Of a DNA stretch of 32,000 nt, positions 16,651-25,216 are shown piece after piece. The stretch comes from Candidatus Saccharimonadota bacterium (lineage in GTDB: Bacteria > Patescibacteriota > Microgenomatia > UBA1406 > GWC2-37-13). The DNA is taken from positions 1,200,001 through 1,232,000 of the forward strand of contig CP065004.1 in assembly GCA_016700135.1 (NCBI GenBank). The letters run 5' to 3'. The position numbers were made by a program, and so were the translations under genes. The first letter of the stretch is position 1. Each line of letters opens with the position of its first letter. A model generated the notes under the pieces. It saw only the letters and a program-made list of their open reading frames with translations. It had not been told where the DNA came from and did not search any database.

Positions 16651-17664
16651 TCACGCGCTGAATTCAGAAAAATGTGCTCCGTCAGTGGCCATGTAGAGTT
16701 TGAGATTCATCGCACGCGCGAATGCGACTGCATTTCCATTATATACCTGTGCAGCGTAATCATCTGATTGTTGTGAGGCTTTCGAATATACGCGATTAAA
16801 CCGTGGGGAGAAATCATTGTCAAAGAAATCCCGACACTTTAGCGCCCACTGCTGTATCCTCGCCTGCAAAATGTCAGGTTGATTGCCTACTTCCTCCAAT
16901 AATGTACGCTGATATTCTTGAAGGTTTTGCTCTGAGTTTGCATTGAAAGCGGCCAGCATATGCTCAACTTTCCCCTTTCTTTTTCGCAGTTCATCCATTC
17001 GTTTTTGTTCTTCAGGAGAAGCTCTGTAGAAATCTCGTAATTCTTCAAATTCCGTCAGTCCCATAACAGGCGTCTCTGCGGTAGCAATAGCCAAAATCTG
17101 ATAATCCGGACAAAGAACTGTTGAAGCATAATCATAGGGCATTTCGTCACTGAAAGCAGGAGTTAACATAGAACTAAAATCCTGGATTGAAAAAAAAGCA
17201 TTTTTAGGGTGAGTATGAATATTTATGACAGGAATCCCTTTTTCCCGAATCACCATATTGTAATCATTAGAAGTCGATGTAATATCCCCAAAAGATAAAG
17301 GGGTTCTTTTGAGATTCCCTGATTCCCTATCAAAGAAAATTATGGTCGAACGTTCTCCGGCTGCTTTCTGATAGTAAATAGTTTTTAGCTCTTCTAACAA
17401 TGTTCTACCTTCAGGTGTCGAAAGTAAAGCATACTGTTCTGTCAATGCAGCAAGATAAGAGTCTGCATCAGGCACCTCAGGAACATCTTCATAATTTTCA
17501 TATAATTCCGTATGAACTCCTTCAAACACAGAAAAATCCAGCTGAGGAGGCAATTCATCAAAATGAAGTCTTCGATTTCTGAAAATGAGATAACTCAATA
17601 CATCTTCATTTGAGACGGGTGGTTGTTCATACTTTGTGATGGGATATGATTTATGTTCTGTCAT
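16651..17664 (-). CDS. Hypothetical protein with a JAB/MPN-like metal-binding motif and a helical C-terminal region
   Basis: 337-aa ORF. VINIHTHPKNAFFSIQDF (aa 147-164) resembles the JAMM motif HxHx7Sx2D, for example HTHPTQTAFLSSVD in AMSH, but is one residue shorter. A candidate upstream Glu lies in FDRESG. Confidence 0.6.
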   Translation of the reverse strand: MTEHKSYPITKYEQPPVSNEDVLSYLIFRNRRLHFDELPPQLDFSVFEGVHTELYENYEDVPEVPDADSYLAALTEQYALLSTPEGRTLLEELKTIYYQKAAGERSTIIFFDRESGNLKRTPLSFGDITSTSNDYNMVIREKGIPVINIHTHPKNAFFSIQDFSSMLTPAFSDEMPYDYASTVLCPDYQILAIATAETPVMGLTEFEELRDFYRASPEEQKRMDELRKRKGKVEHMLAAFNANSEQNLQEYQRTLLEEVGNQPDILQARIQQWALKCRDFFDNDFSPRFNRVYSKASQQSDDYAAQVYNGNAVAFARAMNLKLYMATDGAHFSEFSA

Positions 17665-17672
17665 AGCAGGAT

Positions 17673-17681
17673 ATTATAACA
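17673..17681 (-). promoter_or_regulatory. Candidate extended -10 element (TGTTATAAT on the minus strand) for the 16651..17664 gene
   Basis: The reverse complement of 17673-17681 is TGTTATAAT, ending 8 nt upstream of the ATG. A TTGACA at 17692-17697 is only 13 nt away, which is too close for a standard -35. Confidence 0.35.
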
Positions 17682-17766
17682 AATGCATGTGTGTCAAGGC
17701 TTCAGACCGCACGGGCACATGTACTTTTCAATGTAGCTTTGAGCGTTTATTAAAAAATATTCTCAC

Positions 17767-17961
17767 CTATTTCCCTTCCATGCACTTCTGCAACTCTACC
17801 TCGATGGCATCCTGGAGGATCGCGCGATAGGCGTCGGGGATTTCGCTGACATCTGCGACTGCGGCATTTGAGTAGACATTTTTCTTGGCCTGCCTTCTGC
17901 AGCGGGCTTCGGGAGAGAAGTACCAGCCGCCGATTACTATCGATAAGAAGAGAAATACCAA
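17767..17961 (-). CDS. Possible small membrane-anchored protein
   Basis: 64-aa ORF opened by TTG, with a hydrophobic N-terminus (VFLFLSIVIGGWYF) and higher local GC. No homology recognisable. Weak call. Confidence 0.3.
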   Translation of the reverse strand: MVFLFLSIVIGGWYFSPEARCRRQAKKNVYSNAAVADVSEIPDAYRAILQDAIEVELQKCMEGK

Positions 17962-18115
17962 AAGGCTTTCTGTTTTCCTGACAGTCTCATGGAAAGCGTG
18001 CTTTTTGTAAACTGTTGAGCATAATATTCACTCATAGATTGCATACAAATGCTATACCATTCAGTTTACAAGATAACGTAATGATATTAAATATCAAACT
18101 GAAGTTTCTCCCTGA

Positions 18116-19123
18116 TCAGCCGCGGTATACCAAGAACGCAGTATAGGCGATATATCCCAGGACCATGATGATCCCTTCTTTCCGGCCCAGAGTATGCCTT
18201 TGCCAAACGAAAATCGACACAAACAGGACCGCCGTCGCAACCCAGAGAATCATAATATCCACAATCTGAATACCCCGGATCGGAATGTCTTTGACAAATG
18301 AAGTCGCGCCGAGAATCAGGAAAATATTGAAAATGTTGGAGCCGACGATGTTTCCGACAGCAATATCGGCATTTTTTTTGCGTGCTGCGGCAATATTCGT
18401 AAAAAGTTCAGGGAAACTCGTCCCCGCCGAAACGAGCGTAAAACCGATCAGGGTATCACTGATATTCAGCATCCGGGCAAGGGCAATCACATTGTCAATC
18501 GCCACCTGGCTTCCGATCACCAGTGCCACAACACCCAAAATGATAAACAAAACAATCTTTCCCATACTCATCTTTTTTATCTCAATATCAGAATCACCCG
18601 ACACTTTCGCAATACCGAACGTGTAATACAAAAAGATGATGAAAAAGGCAAGAAGAGTCAGACCGTCCGAGCGCGTGATCACACCCTCAATCTGAGATCC
18701 GGCAAGTATGATACTCTGAAACTGCCGCTCATCAATGAATGTCCGAAAACCAAGGATAAGGACAAAAATAGCCGCCAAAAAAGAAAACGGAATTTCCTTC
18801 CAAACCGTGTTTTTTTGGACTTTCAGCGGAAAAATGATCGCGCTTATTCCGAGAATGAGCAAAATATTGAAAATATTCGACCCAACCACGTTTCCCAGAG
18901 CAATATCCGTACTGCCCTTGAAAGCGCTTGTCATAGATACCAGAAGCTCAGGAGCCGAAGTCCCGAAGGAAACCACCGTCAGTCCGATCACCATCGGTGC
19001 AATGCCCCATTTGAATGCAAGAGAAGAAGCACCGTCTACCAGAAAATCCGCGCCCTTCACCAGAATCACAATACCGATAATAAATAAAATGAATTCAATC
19101 ATTGATATCCTAATTGTATACAA
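18116..19123 (-). CDS. Ca2+/Na+ antiporter, CaCA (YrbG-like) family
   Basis: 335 aa, about 10 TM helices. Both alpha-repeats are present (GTSAPELLVS..GNVVGSNIFNILLILG and GTSFPELFTN..GNIVGSNIFNIFLILG). The start may be Met-8 (19102). Confidence 0.9.
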   Translation of the reverse strand: MYTIRISMIEFILFIIGIVILVKGADFLVDGASSLAFKWGIAPMVIGLTVVSFGTSAPELLVSMTSAFKGSTDIALGNVVGSNIFNILLILGISAIIFPLKVQKNTVWKEIPFSFLAAIFVLILGFRTFIDERQFQSIILAGSQIEGVITRSDGLTLLAFFIIFLYYTFGIAKVSGDSDIEIKKMSMGKIVLFIILGVVALVIGSQVAIDNVIALARMLNISDTLIGFTLVSAGTSFPELFTNIAAARKKNADIAVGNIVGSNIFNIFLILGATSFVKDIPIRGIQIVDIMILWVATAVLFVSIFVWQRHTLGRKEGIIMVLGYIAYTAFLVYRG

Positions 19124-19178
19124 CAGTTATTCAGAGTCAATAAAAACTCAACATTCTCTCACATTACATTGCTCTGAC

Positions 19179-19388
19179 TCATTTTGAAAAAATCCGAAAC
19201 AGAAAAGTCAAAAGGATACTGGCAAGAATTGACGTCGTGATCGGGAAATAGAATGAAAAATTATCACGCTTGAAATAGATATCGCCCGGAAGTTTCCCCA
19301 AAAAAGGGATCGACGGCCCATAAGACATGAATATCCCCGCCAAAATGATGACTGCACCGAAAATAACAAGTAGCTTTCCCATATCCAT
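19179..19388 (-). CDS. DUF2905 family small membrane protein
   Basis: 69 aa. LGKLPGDIYFKRDNFSFYFPITTSILASILLT matches the DUF2905 signature as I recall it. Confidence 0.7.
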   Translation of the reverse strand: MDMGKLLVIFGAVIILAGIFMSYGPSIPFLGKLPGDIYFKRDNFSFYFPITTSILASILLTFLFRIFSK

Positions 19389-19511
19389 AAACTCATTATA
19401 CCTTCCCCTTGTGCCTGAATATCAAATACACACAATACTCTTACAAACTCACCTCATTTTTGCAAAGTGAGACTATAATAACATCAATTCTATAAGTTCA
19501 TTTTTTTTCTT

Positions 19512-20336
19512 ATGGCAATTGAAAGCTTTTTCCGTCGTTTGGGACTTCGAAGAGATCCCACAGCTCAAGATTATGGTGCTGCGGCAAGCATACTCGTCTA
19601 TTCCAATCACGGATCGGAGCCCGCTGAAAGAAAGCAGAAGATATCCAAACAGGAACTCGCACAGTATCCGGGCCTCGAACAATACCCCGAAGCACTTGAA
19701 TATTTAGCCCGGATCGGAGTATCACCGGCAGATTTACAATCTATCTATCCTGATTTTGAAGACTTCGCAGAAAGTGAATTTGATGACCGCGGACATGCAT
19801 TCAGATACATGGAAGGTCCCTACCAGCACTATCGGCTTGATCGTGTGATCTTCCCATCAGATACGCATTACCCCTATACCCTTGCAGTCGACCGGCAGAT
19901 GAGATATGCCCCCCACAGGCAGCATTCCTTCGGTCTTCTTTTGATGCCCGAAAGACGTATCCGAATGAATGTCTACCCTGACACCTCAGTATCCCTGCAG
20001 CTTCAGACTGCGACTCCTGACGATCTCACGGACATCGCTACCTTTTTCATCGACCCTGACGGCACAGTCGATTACAGTGAACATGCGATGCGTGCGAGTC
20101 ATTTTCTTCATGATGATGAAAGGAAACATCAGGAACGTCCCGTACCGCAGCGGCTCGACACCCTCACCGACCCGAGCGCCCTACAGTCCATTCCGTATTT
20201 TTCACAGGAATATCTAGAACAGCAGTGGGACCTTACTGAAGCAGATATTGCCGTACCGAGTCAGGAGCTTGCACGAAAGATTCTGACTGCGCCTGTCGAG
20301 ACGGGTGTGGACCTCAGAGCCATGCTTGCTCAGTAA
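19512..20336 (+). CDS. Hypothetical protein
   Basis: 274-aa ORF with no recognisable motif and no signal peptide. Followed directly by repeat copy A. Confidence 0.55.
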   Translation: MAIESFFRRLGLRRDPTAQDYGAAASILVYSNHGSEPAERKQKISKQELAQYPGLEQYPEALEYLARIGVSPADLQSIYPDFEDFAESEFDDRGHAFRYMEGPYQHYRLDRVIFPSDTHYPYTLAVDRQMRYAPHRQHSFGLLLMPERRIRMNVYPDTSVSLQLQTATPDDLTDIATFFIDPDGTVDYSEHAMRASHFLHDDERKHQERPVPQRLDTLTDPSALQSIPYFSQEYLEQQWDLTEADIAVPSQELARKILTAPVETGVDLRAMLAQ

Positions 20337-20357
20337 GTATGTTTCGGGTTTGCCTTG

Positions 20358-20440
20358 GTAAGCTTGTAACCTTAAATTAGAATTTATGTTATCCTGACCG
20401 CCGATTGGCGGATTGATTCAGGAACCATATCATAATTATC
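20358..20440 (+). repeat. Intergenic hairpin repeat, module M1, copy A
   Basis: GGTAAGCTTGTAACC lead-in. Long imperfect hairpin with inner stem TCCTGA/TCAGGA around the tip CCGCC-GATT-GGCGG (20398-20411). Confidence 0.7.
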
Positions 20441-20531
20441 GCTCGATACAATTTTTTATGCTCTGTGGGCGTGCTCGCCGGAATCAATAAGCTGCGCACC
20501 TCCCAATTCGCAAAAAAATTACATCTTCGCT
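20441..20531 (-). repeat. Intergenic hairpin repeat, module M2, copy A (inverted relative to M1)
   Basis: The reverse complement reads GCGAAGATGTAATTTTTTTGCGAATTGGGAGGTGCGCAGCTTATTGATTCCGGCGAGCACGCCCACAGAGCATAAAAAATTGTATCGAGC. This is nearly identical to 30066-30157 on the + strand. Confidence 0.8.
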
Positions 20532-20690
20532 CAAATTTATTTTCCTTTCATTCCAAACTTTGAGCCATAAGTTCATCGTCTCATGGACGGGTTTCAGATC
20601 TTATTGAAAGACAGTGCCGAACTCCCAATCCCTCTCTCAGACTCAATTCTCCTTTACAAACTATATATTATAGGCTATAATACATATTCA

Positions 20691-22013
20691 ATGTGTAATT
20701 CTAAAGAAATTGCTATATTCGGCAACGGGCCGGGAAGCATATCCAGTGCAGATGCACTCACAAACTCCGGTCACCGGGTGACCCGTATTGTCCCCGATAC
20801 ACCGCAAGGCAACAGCCGCTCGATTTATTCTACCTCAACCGGTATTTATCGTGATGTAATGGACACCTATTGTCCTCCCGAATATCGTAAACCGCTCCCT
20901 ACCATGCGAATCTATACCGTCAACGGTACTGATTTCAGCGTCGAGACAGGCACTGACTATTTTATGGTCAATTACCCGAAGCTGACGGAAGATGCAAACG
21001 CCAGACTGAACGGCAAAGAAAGTATCACGGTAGAGAGCTATTCATCAAATGAGCTCAGGCATGTGAAGGTACGGGAAAACCAGAACGGAGTCGAAGTCAC
21101 CATAGACGGGGGCAGAAGGCAGTTTGATGCCGCAATTGACAGCACCGGGGCGGGCAGATCCATCATGGCTCACGTCGCACCGGAAGTCGCAAAACGCGAT
21201 AAAATCGCTGAATATGTCTATGCAGGGCAGTATCCGGGAACCTTGGCTCAAGATGAAATGATACTCGTCTGGGATAAGACGGGAGCTACCTCCTGGATAA
21301 ACCCCAGCATTTACACGGGACCGAACGGTGAACCGCTTCTTGATATCGTATATTCGGCATGGGGATGGGAATCCTTTTTTCCCCAATTTCTGAATGAAGC
21401 AGACACCAGACTCAGGCACCTTGTCGATTTTGCGGAAACAATACCGGGCCTTCAATTGATTGACAATCACCCCATCGAACTTACGGCAGGAAAAATACTT
21501 TCCGAAGGATTGTACAAGCCTGACACACAACATGTATATGCAGTCGGTGAAGCGGCAGGCGTCGCCAAGCCGAAAAGCGGTGAATCATTCAACAGGACGC
21601 TCCTTAGCGGTGTCGTCACGGCAGAGGCAATCGATCAGAATCATACTCCTCTGCAGGTACATGACAGACTCAAGCAGTTCTGGCCGAACGACTATCAGTT
21701 TCTGGCTTTCACGCTTGCGAGACTGCGTGAACAGCATACGGGCAATACCAGCAAACTGATGGATACCATGGGCAACTGGTTCAAAAACGGATCAGTCGAT
21801 CAGGAATTTATCAAACAAATGGAAGATTACATCATAAAAGGAAGCATTTCTCCGGCTTTGCTTCAGCGTTTCGTGACTAATCCGGTATTTTTGCAGACAG
21901 TCGTGCACACCATGCTGACCTACGCCAGAATCAAGGTATTCGGCATGAGCTCATTCCCCCGGAAATGGACACTCGGAAACGTACCCCAACAGGCCCCTGC
22001 ATACAGCTCGTAA
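20691..22013 (+). CDS. FAD/NAD(P)-dependent oxidoreductase, geranylgeranyl reductase/lycopene cyclase-like
   Basis: The ORF track starts at 20583. The ATG at 20691 puts the Rossmann motif (EIAIFGNGPGSISSA) at the N-terminus and leaves a TATAAT-containing AT-rich stretch upstream. Other motifs are AIDSTGAGRS and the family-typical YAVGEAAGVAKPKSGESF. Confidence 0.65.
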   Translation: MCNSKEIAIFGNGPGSISSADALTNSGHRVTRIVPDTPQGNSRSIYSTSTGIYRDVMDTYCPPEYRKPLPTMRIYTVNGTDFSVETGTDYFMVNYPKLTEDANARLNGKESITVESYSSNELRHVKVRENQNGVEVTIDGGRRQFDAAIDSTGAGRSIMAHVAPEVAKRDKIAEYVYAGQYPGTLAQDEMILVWDKTGATSWINPSIYTGPNGEPLLDIVYSAWGWESFFPQFLNEADTRLRHLVDFAETIPGLQLIDNHPIELTAGKILSEGLYKPDTQHVYAVGEAAGVAKPKSGESFNRTLLSGVVTAEAIDQNHTPLQVHDRLKQFWPNDYQFLAFTLARLREQHTGNTSKLMDTMGNWFKNGSVDQEFIKQMEDYIIKGSISPALLQRFVTNPVFLQTVVHTMLTYARIKVFGMSSFPRKWTLGNVPQQAPAYSS

Positions 22014-22014
22014 G

Positions 22015-22443
22015 TCAGAATACAAACGGGATCAGCCGTTTTGTGTGCATTTTATATTCGACATAATCATCCCCGAACCGCTTTCGCAGCATTTGTTCTT
22101 CGTACAGCATTTTTACCAGGAGATCAATGACAAGAGTCACGAAAATGCCGATTCTGAGAGGCGTATATTGATTCACCAGCATCGCCGCTCCCATCAGAAT
22201 CACGGAAAGATACATCGGATGCCTGATAAAACGGTAAATGCCGTTTGTCACAAGCTTCGCTTCAGGATCCACTTTCGGAGAAATCCGAAGCTTACTCCGG
22301 CGCATCGCCTGCAGAGCAAACATCCCCGTCACGGCAGCTGCCATATACAATCCGAGTGACAGATAGGACTCTGGCAAAATCGGAGCCGATAAAGCCAGTA
22401 AGACAAGTGAAACAAATTGAACAACAACCATTAAAACAGCCAT
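22015..22443 (-). CDS. Isoprenylcysteine carboxyl methyltransferase (ICMT)/phospholipid methyltransferase family membrane protein
   Basis: 142 aa, four helices. Signature TNGIYRFIRHPMYLSVILMGAAM and C-terminal EEQMLRKRFGDDYVEY. Confidence 0.8.
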   Translation of the reverse strand: MAVLMVVVQFVSLVLLALSAPILPESYLSLGLYMAAAVTGMFALQAMRRSKLRISPKVDPEAKLVTNGIYRFIRHPMYLSVILMGAAMLVNQYTPLRIGIFVTLVIDLLVKMLYEEQMLRKRFGDDYVEYKMHTKRLIPFVF

Positions 22444-22532
22444 ATCTTATGATACATAATCACTATCCATATCTGAATCGTTTTTCATAAAATATTCACA
22501 ACTATCTCATAATAGATTGTTATAATACTCAA

Positions 22533-23063
22533 ATGACAGTACAACTTGAATCATTACGGGTTACGGAACAATCACCGATTGAAGCGGACGTCATATGCCT
22601 GAATGAGTACGGAGACCGAAGATACGTATTTCGGGCAGAAGATCCCCGTCACCCTCACATCAAAAGAACGGCATTTCAGGGACTTACTCTGTATGGAGAA
22701 TGGATAGAACTTTTTGAGGTGACGGAAGAAAAGTATAAAGGGCAGAATCCGTTGTATACATTGGGAATCCATGTCATAGACGGTCCGAGCGAAGACGGAA
22801 AAGGAACGACTTTGACAAAAATGTTTTACGGAAATGCAAGATCAGGCTGGGAAGAAGGCTGGAGGACTCAAGTGCGATCCAATGTACCGACCACATTTGA
22901 TGAAATGAGAGAAATGAAAGCACAGATATTGACAAAGCAACAGCTTCCGCAGATTGTAGATACAGAGGCAACGGTCCGTGCTTTTTTTCAGCAAATCGAA
23001 GCAAATGATTTTTTGACTCCGGCACTGTTCGTATCTGACTATCTGCCTGAAAAAGGAGTTTGA
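22533..23063 (+). CDS. Hypothetical protein
   Basis: 176-aa ORF with no recognisable motif. Its 3' end overlaps the convergent ORF 23039..23767 by 25 nt. Confidence 0.5.
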   Translation: MTVQLESLRVTEQSPIEADVICLNEYGDRRYVFRAEDPRHPHIKRTAFQGLTLYGEWIELFEVTEEKYKGQNPLYTLGIHVIDGPSEDGKGTTLTKMFYGNARSGWEEGWRTQVRSNVPTTFDEMREMKAQILTKQQLPQIVDTEATVRAFFQQIEANDFLTPALFVSDYLPEKGV

Positions 23064-23767
23064 ACCATATGAAATAAGCCGACACGTTCAAGACACTCAT
23101 ACATCCGATACTCTGCCATCTGCATTTCGTGTTCTATTGATGAAAGATCTCCGTGCAAATCCGGATCCTGTTCGAGGACTTCCAACGGATATCCGACAAG
23201 CGCCAATGCACGGTAATCTTCATATACGCCGGGATCGATTATCCTCTCATCCATTTCCCTCGGTGTCATACGCCGTACAAGGGTCTTACTGAACATTTTG
23301 CTTGTGTCACATACCGTAAACATTTCCTGCCGTCCTTTATGATGATTCATCACTCCGATGACATGCAGCTCCGGACCTTTAAGAGTGCGTTCAACAGTAG
23401 CCATCAAACCGCCGATATAATAACCGCCGTCGTTATGATGTGAAATCTGCCTTTGAACATTTCGAAAAAAATAAGAAGGGGTCATTTCGGGTTCCATGGC
23501 ATGTGTTGCCGTGAAATTCCCTTTTCGGGCATGCTCTACCGCGACACATGCTGCGATATCTACGAGAGATTGTGCGTTATTATCCAGCACTGCAAGAGTT
23601 GATAGTTCATGTGGTGTCTGCTGTGACAATGCGTGAACGACTGCTGAGGCACAGTTAATGTACGGTTTGTCTTCTTTTATGTGCCTGTATGCTTCAAGTA
23701 CTGACATTTTTTCAGGGAATAATTCAAAGAGATTATAAAGACGCGACTTGTGCGTGTCAATATACAT
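23039..23767 (-). CDS. Hypothetical protein (possible Cys-His-Asp papain-fold hydrolase; speculative)
   Basis: 242-aa ORF. The ordered contexts KPYINCASAVVHAL, PELHVIGVMNHH and FTVCDTS have spacing compatible with a C-H-D triad. No family recognised. Confidence 0.5.
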   Translation of the reverse strand: MYIDTHKSRLYNLFELFPEKMSVLEAYRHIKEDKPYINCASAVVHALSQQTPHELSTLAVLDNNAQSLVDIAACVAVEHARKGNFTATHAMEPEMTPSYFFRNVQRQISHHNDGGYYIGGLMATVERTLKGPELHVIGVMNHHKGRQEMFTVCDTSKMFSKTLVRRMTPREMDERIIDPGVYEDYRALALVGYPLEVLEQDPDLHGDLSSIEHEMQMAEYRMYECLERVGLFHMVQTPFSGR

Positions 23768-23847
23768 TAAAAACTGTCTTCTTACAAGTCTTTCACAGTA
23801 GAGCCGCTATAGTAAAAAAATTGAGCAAAAAGAAAGGAGGTGAAAAT

Positions 23848-25113
23848 ATGAAAAAACTTATCGGATTTCTGACTTCGTTCATCGCACTCGCATTCATTGC
23901 AGTTCCTGTATTCGCTTCAACCGCTTCAGTCAACTTTGATACTCCCACTTTTACAACGGGGAATATCAACGGACAAAACAATTGGATGAAAACAGGACCG
24001 TACGATGTTGAAGTTGAAACTAATACTTACGGTATTCCGTCATTCGGTGATCAGACACTGCGCATCTCCAACGCTGTCACCAGCAGTTCGTTCGGCGACC
24101 ATACGTTCGCAGAACCGCTTGCTGATGCAGTAGGAGAAGCAGACGCTACCGCCAACGGTTATCCGGAAGGAGTACGTCAAACACGGTTTGACATGCAGTT
24201 TGATATTGCATCTACCTCCCCGACCGAACAACCGGGAATGTTCCTTTCAGTGTCTCCAGATCGCGGAGACGGTTCCCGTATGAGTTACCTCAGTTTTACT
24301 GATACCTCAGCCGGAATCGATGTGGCATTTTATGATGTCCAGGGTACTTCGAGTCCTGCAAACTTTGTAGGAACGTCAATTGCAACTCTTGACAGAACAG
24401 TCCCGCATACAATCCGTCTTGTGATGGATGTCATGGACGGTCCGTCAAACGACGTTGTGGAAGTCTACATTGACGGAGTTCTGGTTCACACCGGAACGTC
24501 ATGGGAGAATTATTATCGATTTGATACTGAAGCATCTGCCGAACAAAGTCCCCGAATTGTACGCACAGTACTCTTTAGGACTTCGGGCACTGCTATACCT
24601 GCAAACGCAGGGAACGGTTTCCTCTTCGATAATCTCACCATGGAATCCGCAGCAACACCTGCACCCGACACCGAAGCACCTGATGTCGAAATCACCGCTC
24701 CCGCAGACGGAGCAGTGCTGACAGGCACGGTCGATGTCCGCGGAACAGTCACTGATGACAATCCCTGGAGATACTACACCGTAGTCCGGGATGCATCAAA
24801 TGCGGTTGTCGCCGGACCGGGTACTGTCTATGACAGCAACTCGTTCACTGATCAATCCCTCTTCATGTGGGATACCACTGCAGTTCCTGACGGCACATAC
24901 ACAATCCGTCTCGAAGCACGTGATCAGTTCGACAACAAGGATGCCGGATCAGTCGATGTTATTACCGTTGAAGTAAACAACATCATCGGTCCGCCGACAG
25001 ACAAGAATGAATGTAAGAACGGGGGATGGATGACATTCAATAGTCCTACATTCAAGAACCAGGGACAATGCGTAAGCTACGTCCAATCAAATGAGAAGGC
25101 CGGAAAGAGATAA
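23848..25113 (+). CDS. Secreted protein with an Ig-like domain and a C-terminal Cys-loop module
   Basis: The ATG at 23848 is preceded by AAAGGAGGTG (GGAGG at 23836-23840, 7-nt spacing). Signal peptide MKKLIGFLTSFIALAFIAVPVFAS. The Ig-like segment is DVEITAPADGAVLTGTVDVRGTVTDD...PDGTYTIRLEARDQFDN. The C-terminal module is CKNGGWMTFNSPTFKNQGQCVSYV. Confidence 0.8.
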   Translation: MKKLIGFLTSFIALAFIAVPVFASTASVNFDTPTFTTGNINGQNNWMKTGPYDVEVETNTYGIPSFGDQTLRISNAVTSSSFGDHTFAEPLADAVGEADATANGYPEGVRQTRFDMQFDIASTSPTEQPGMFLSVSPDRGDGSRMSYLSFTDTSAGIDVAFYDVQGTSSPANFVGTSIATLDRTVPHTIRLVMDVMDGPSNDVVEVYIDGVLVHTGTSWENYYRFDTEASAEQSPRIVRTVLFRTSGTAIPANAGNGFLFDNLTMESAATPAPDTEAPDVEITAPADGAVLTGTVDVRGTVTDDNPWRYYTVVRDASNAVVAGPGTVYDSNSFTDQSLFMWDTTAVPDGTYTIRLEARDQFDNKDAGSVDVITVEVNNIIGPPTDKNECKNGGWMTFNSPTFKNQGQCVSYVQSNEKAGKR

Positions 25114-25139
25114 TGTATCTTTTCACCTGATCGACTAAA

Positions 25140-25172
25140 CACCCTCTGAAGCTAGCCGGAGGGTGTTTTTTT
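25140..25172 (+). terminator. Rho-independent terminator
   Basis: 7-bp GC-rich stem CACCCTC/GAGGGTG (25140-25146 / 25159-25165), a 12-nt loop, then T7 (25166-25172). Lies 27 nt after the stop codon. Confidence 0.8.
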
Positions 25173-25216
25173 GGGTTATATTTTCATCCTGCATTGGTTT
25201 CAAGATCTGTGTTTAT

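Noticed and set aside
20583-20690. An upstream extension of the flavoprotein ORF (start at 20583) would add 36 residues.
   Set aside because: The extension is hydrophobic and low-complexity, pushes the Rossmann GxGxxG away from the N-terminus, and covers an AT-rich TATAAT-containing stretch that looks like the promoter. The ATG at 20691 is preferred, though 20583 cannot be excluded.
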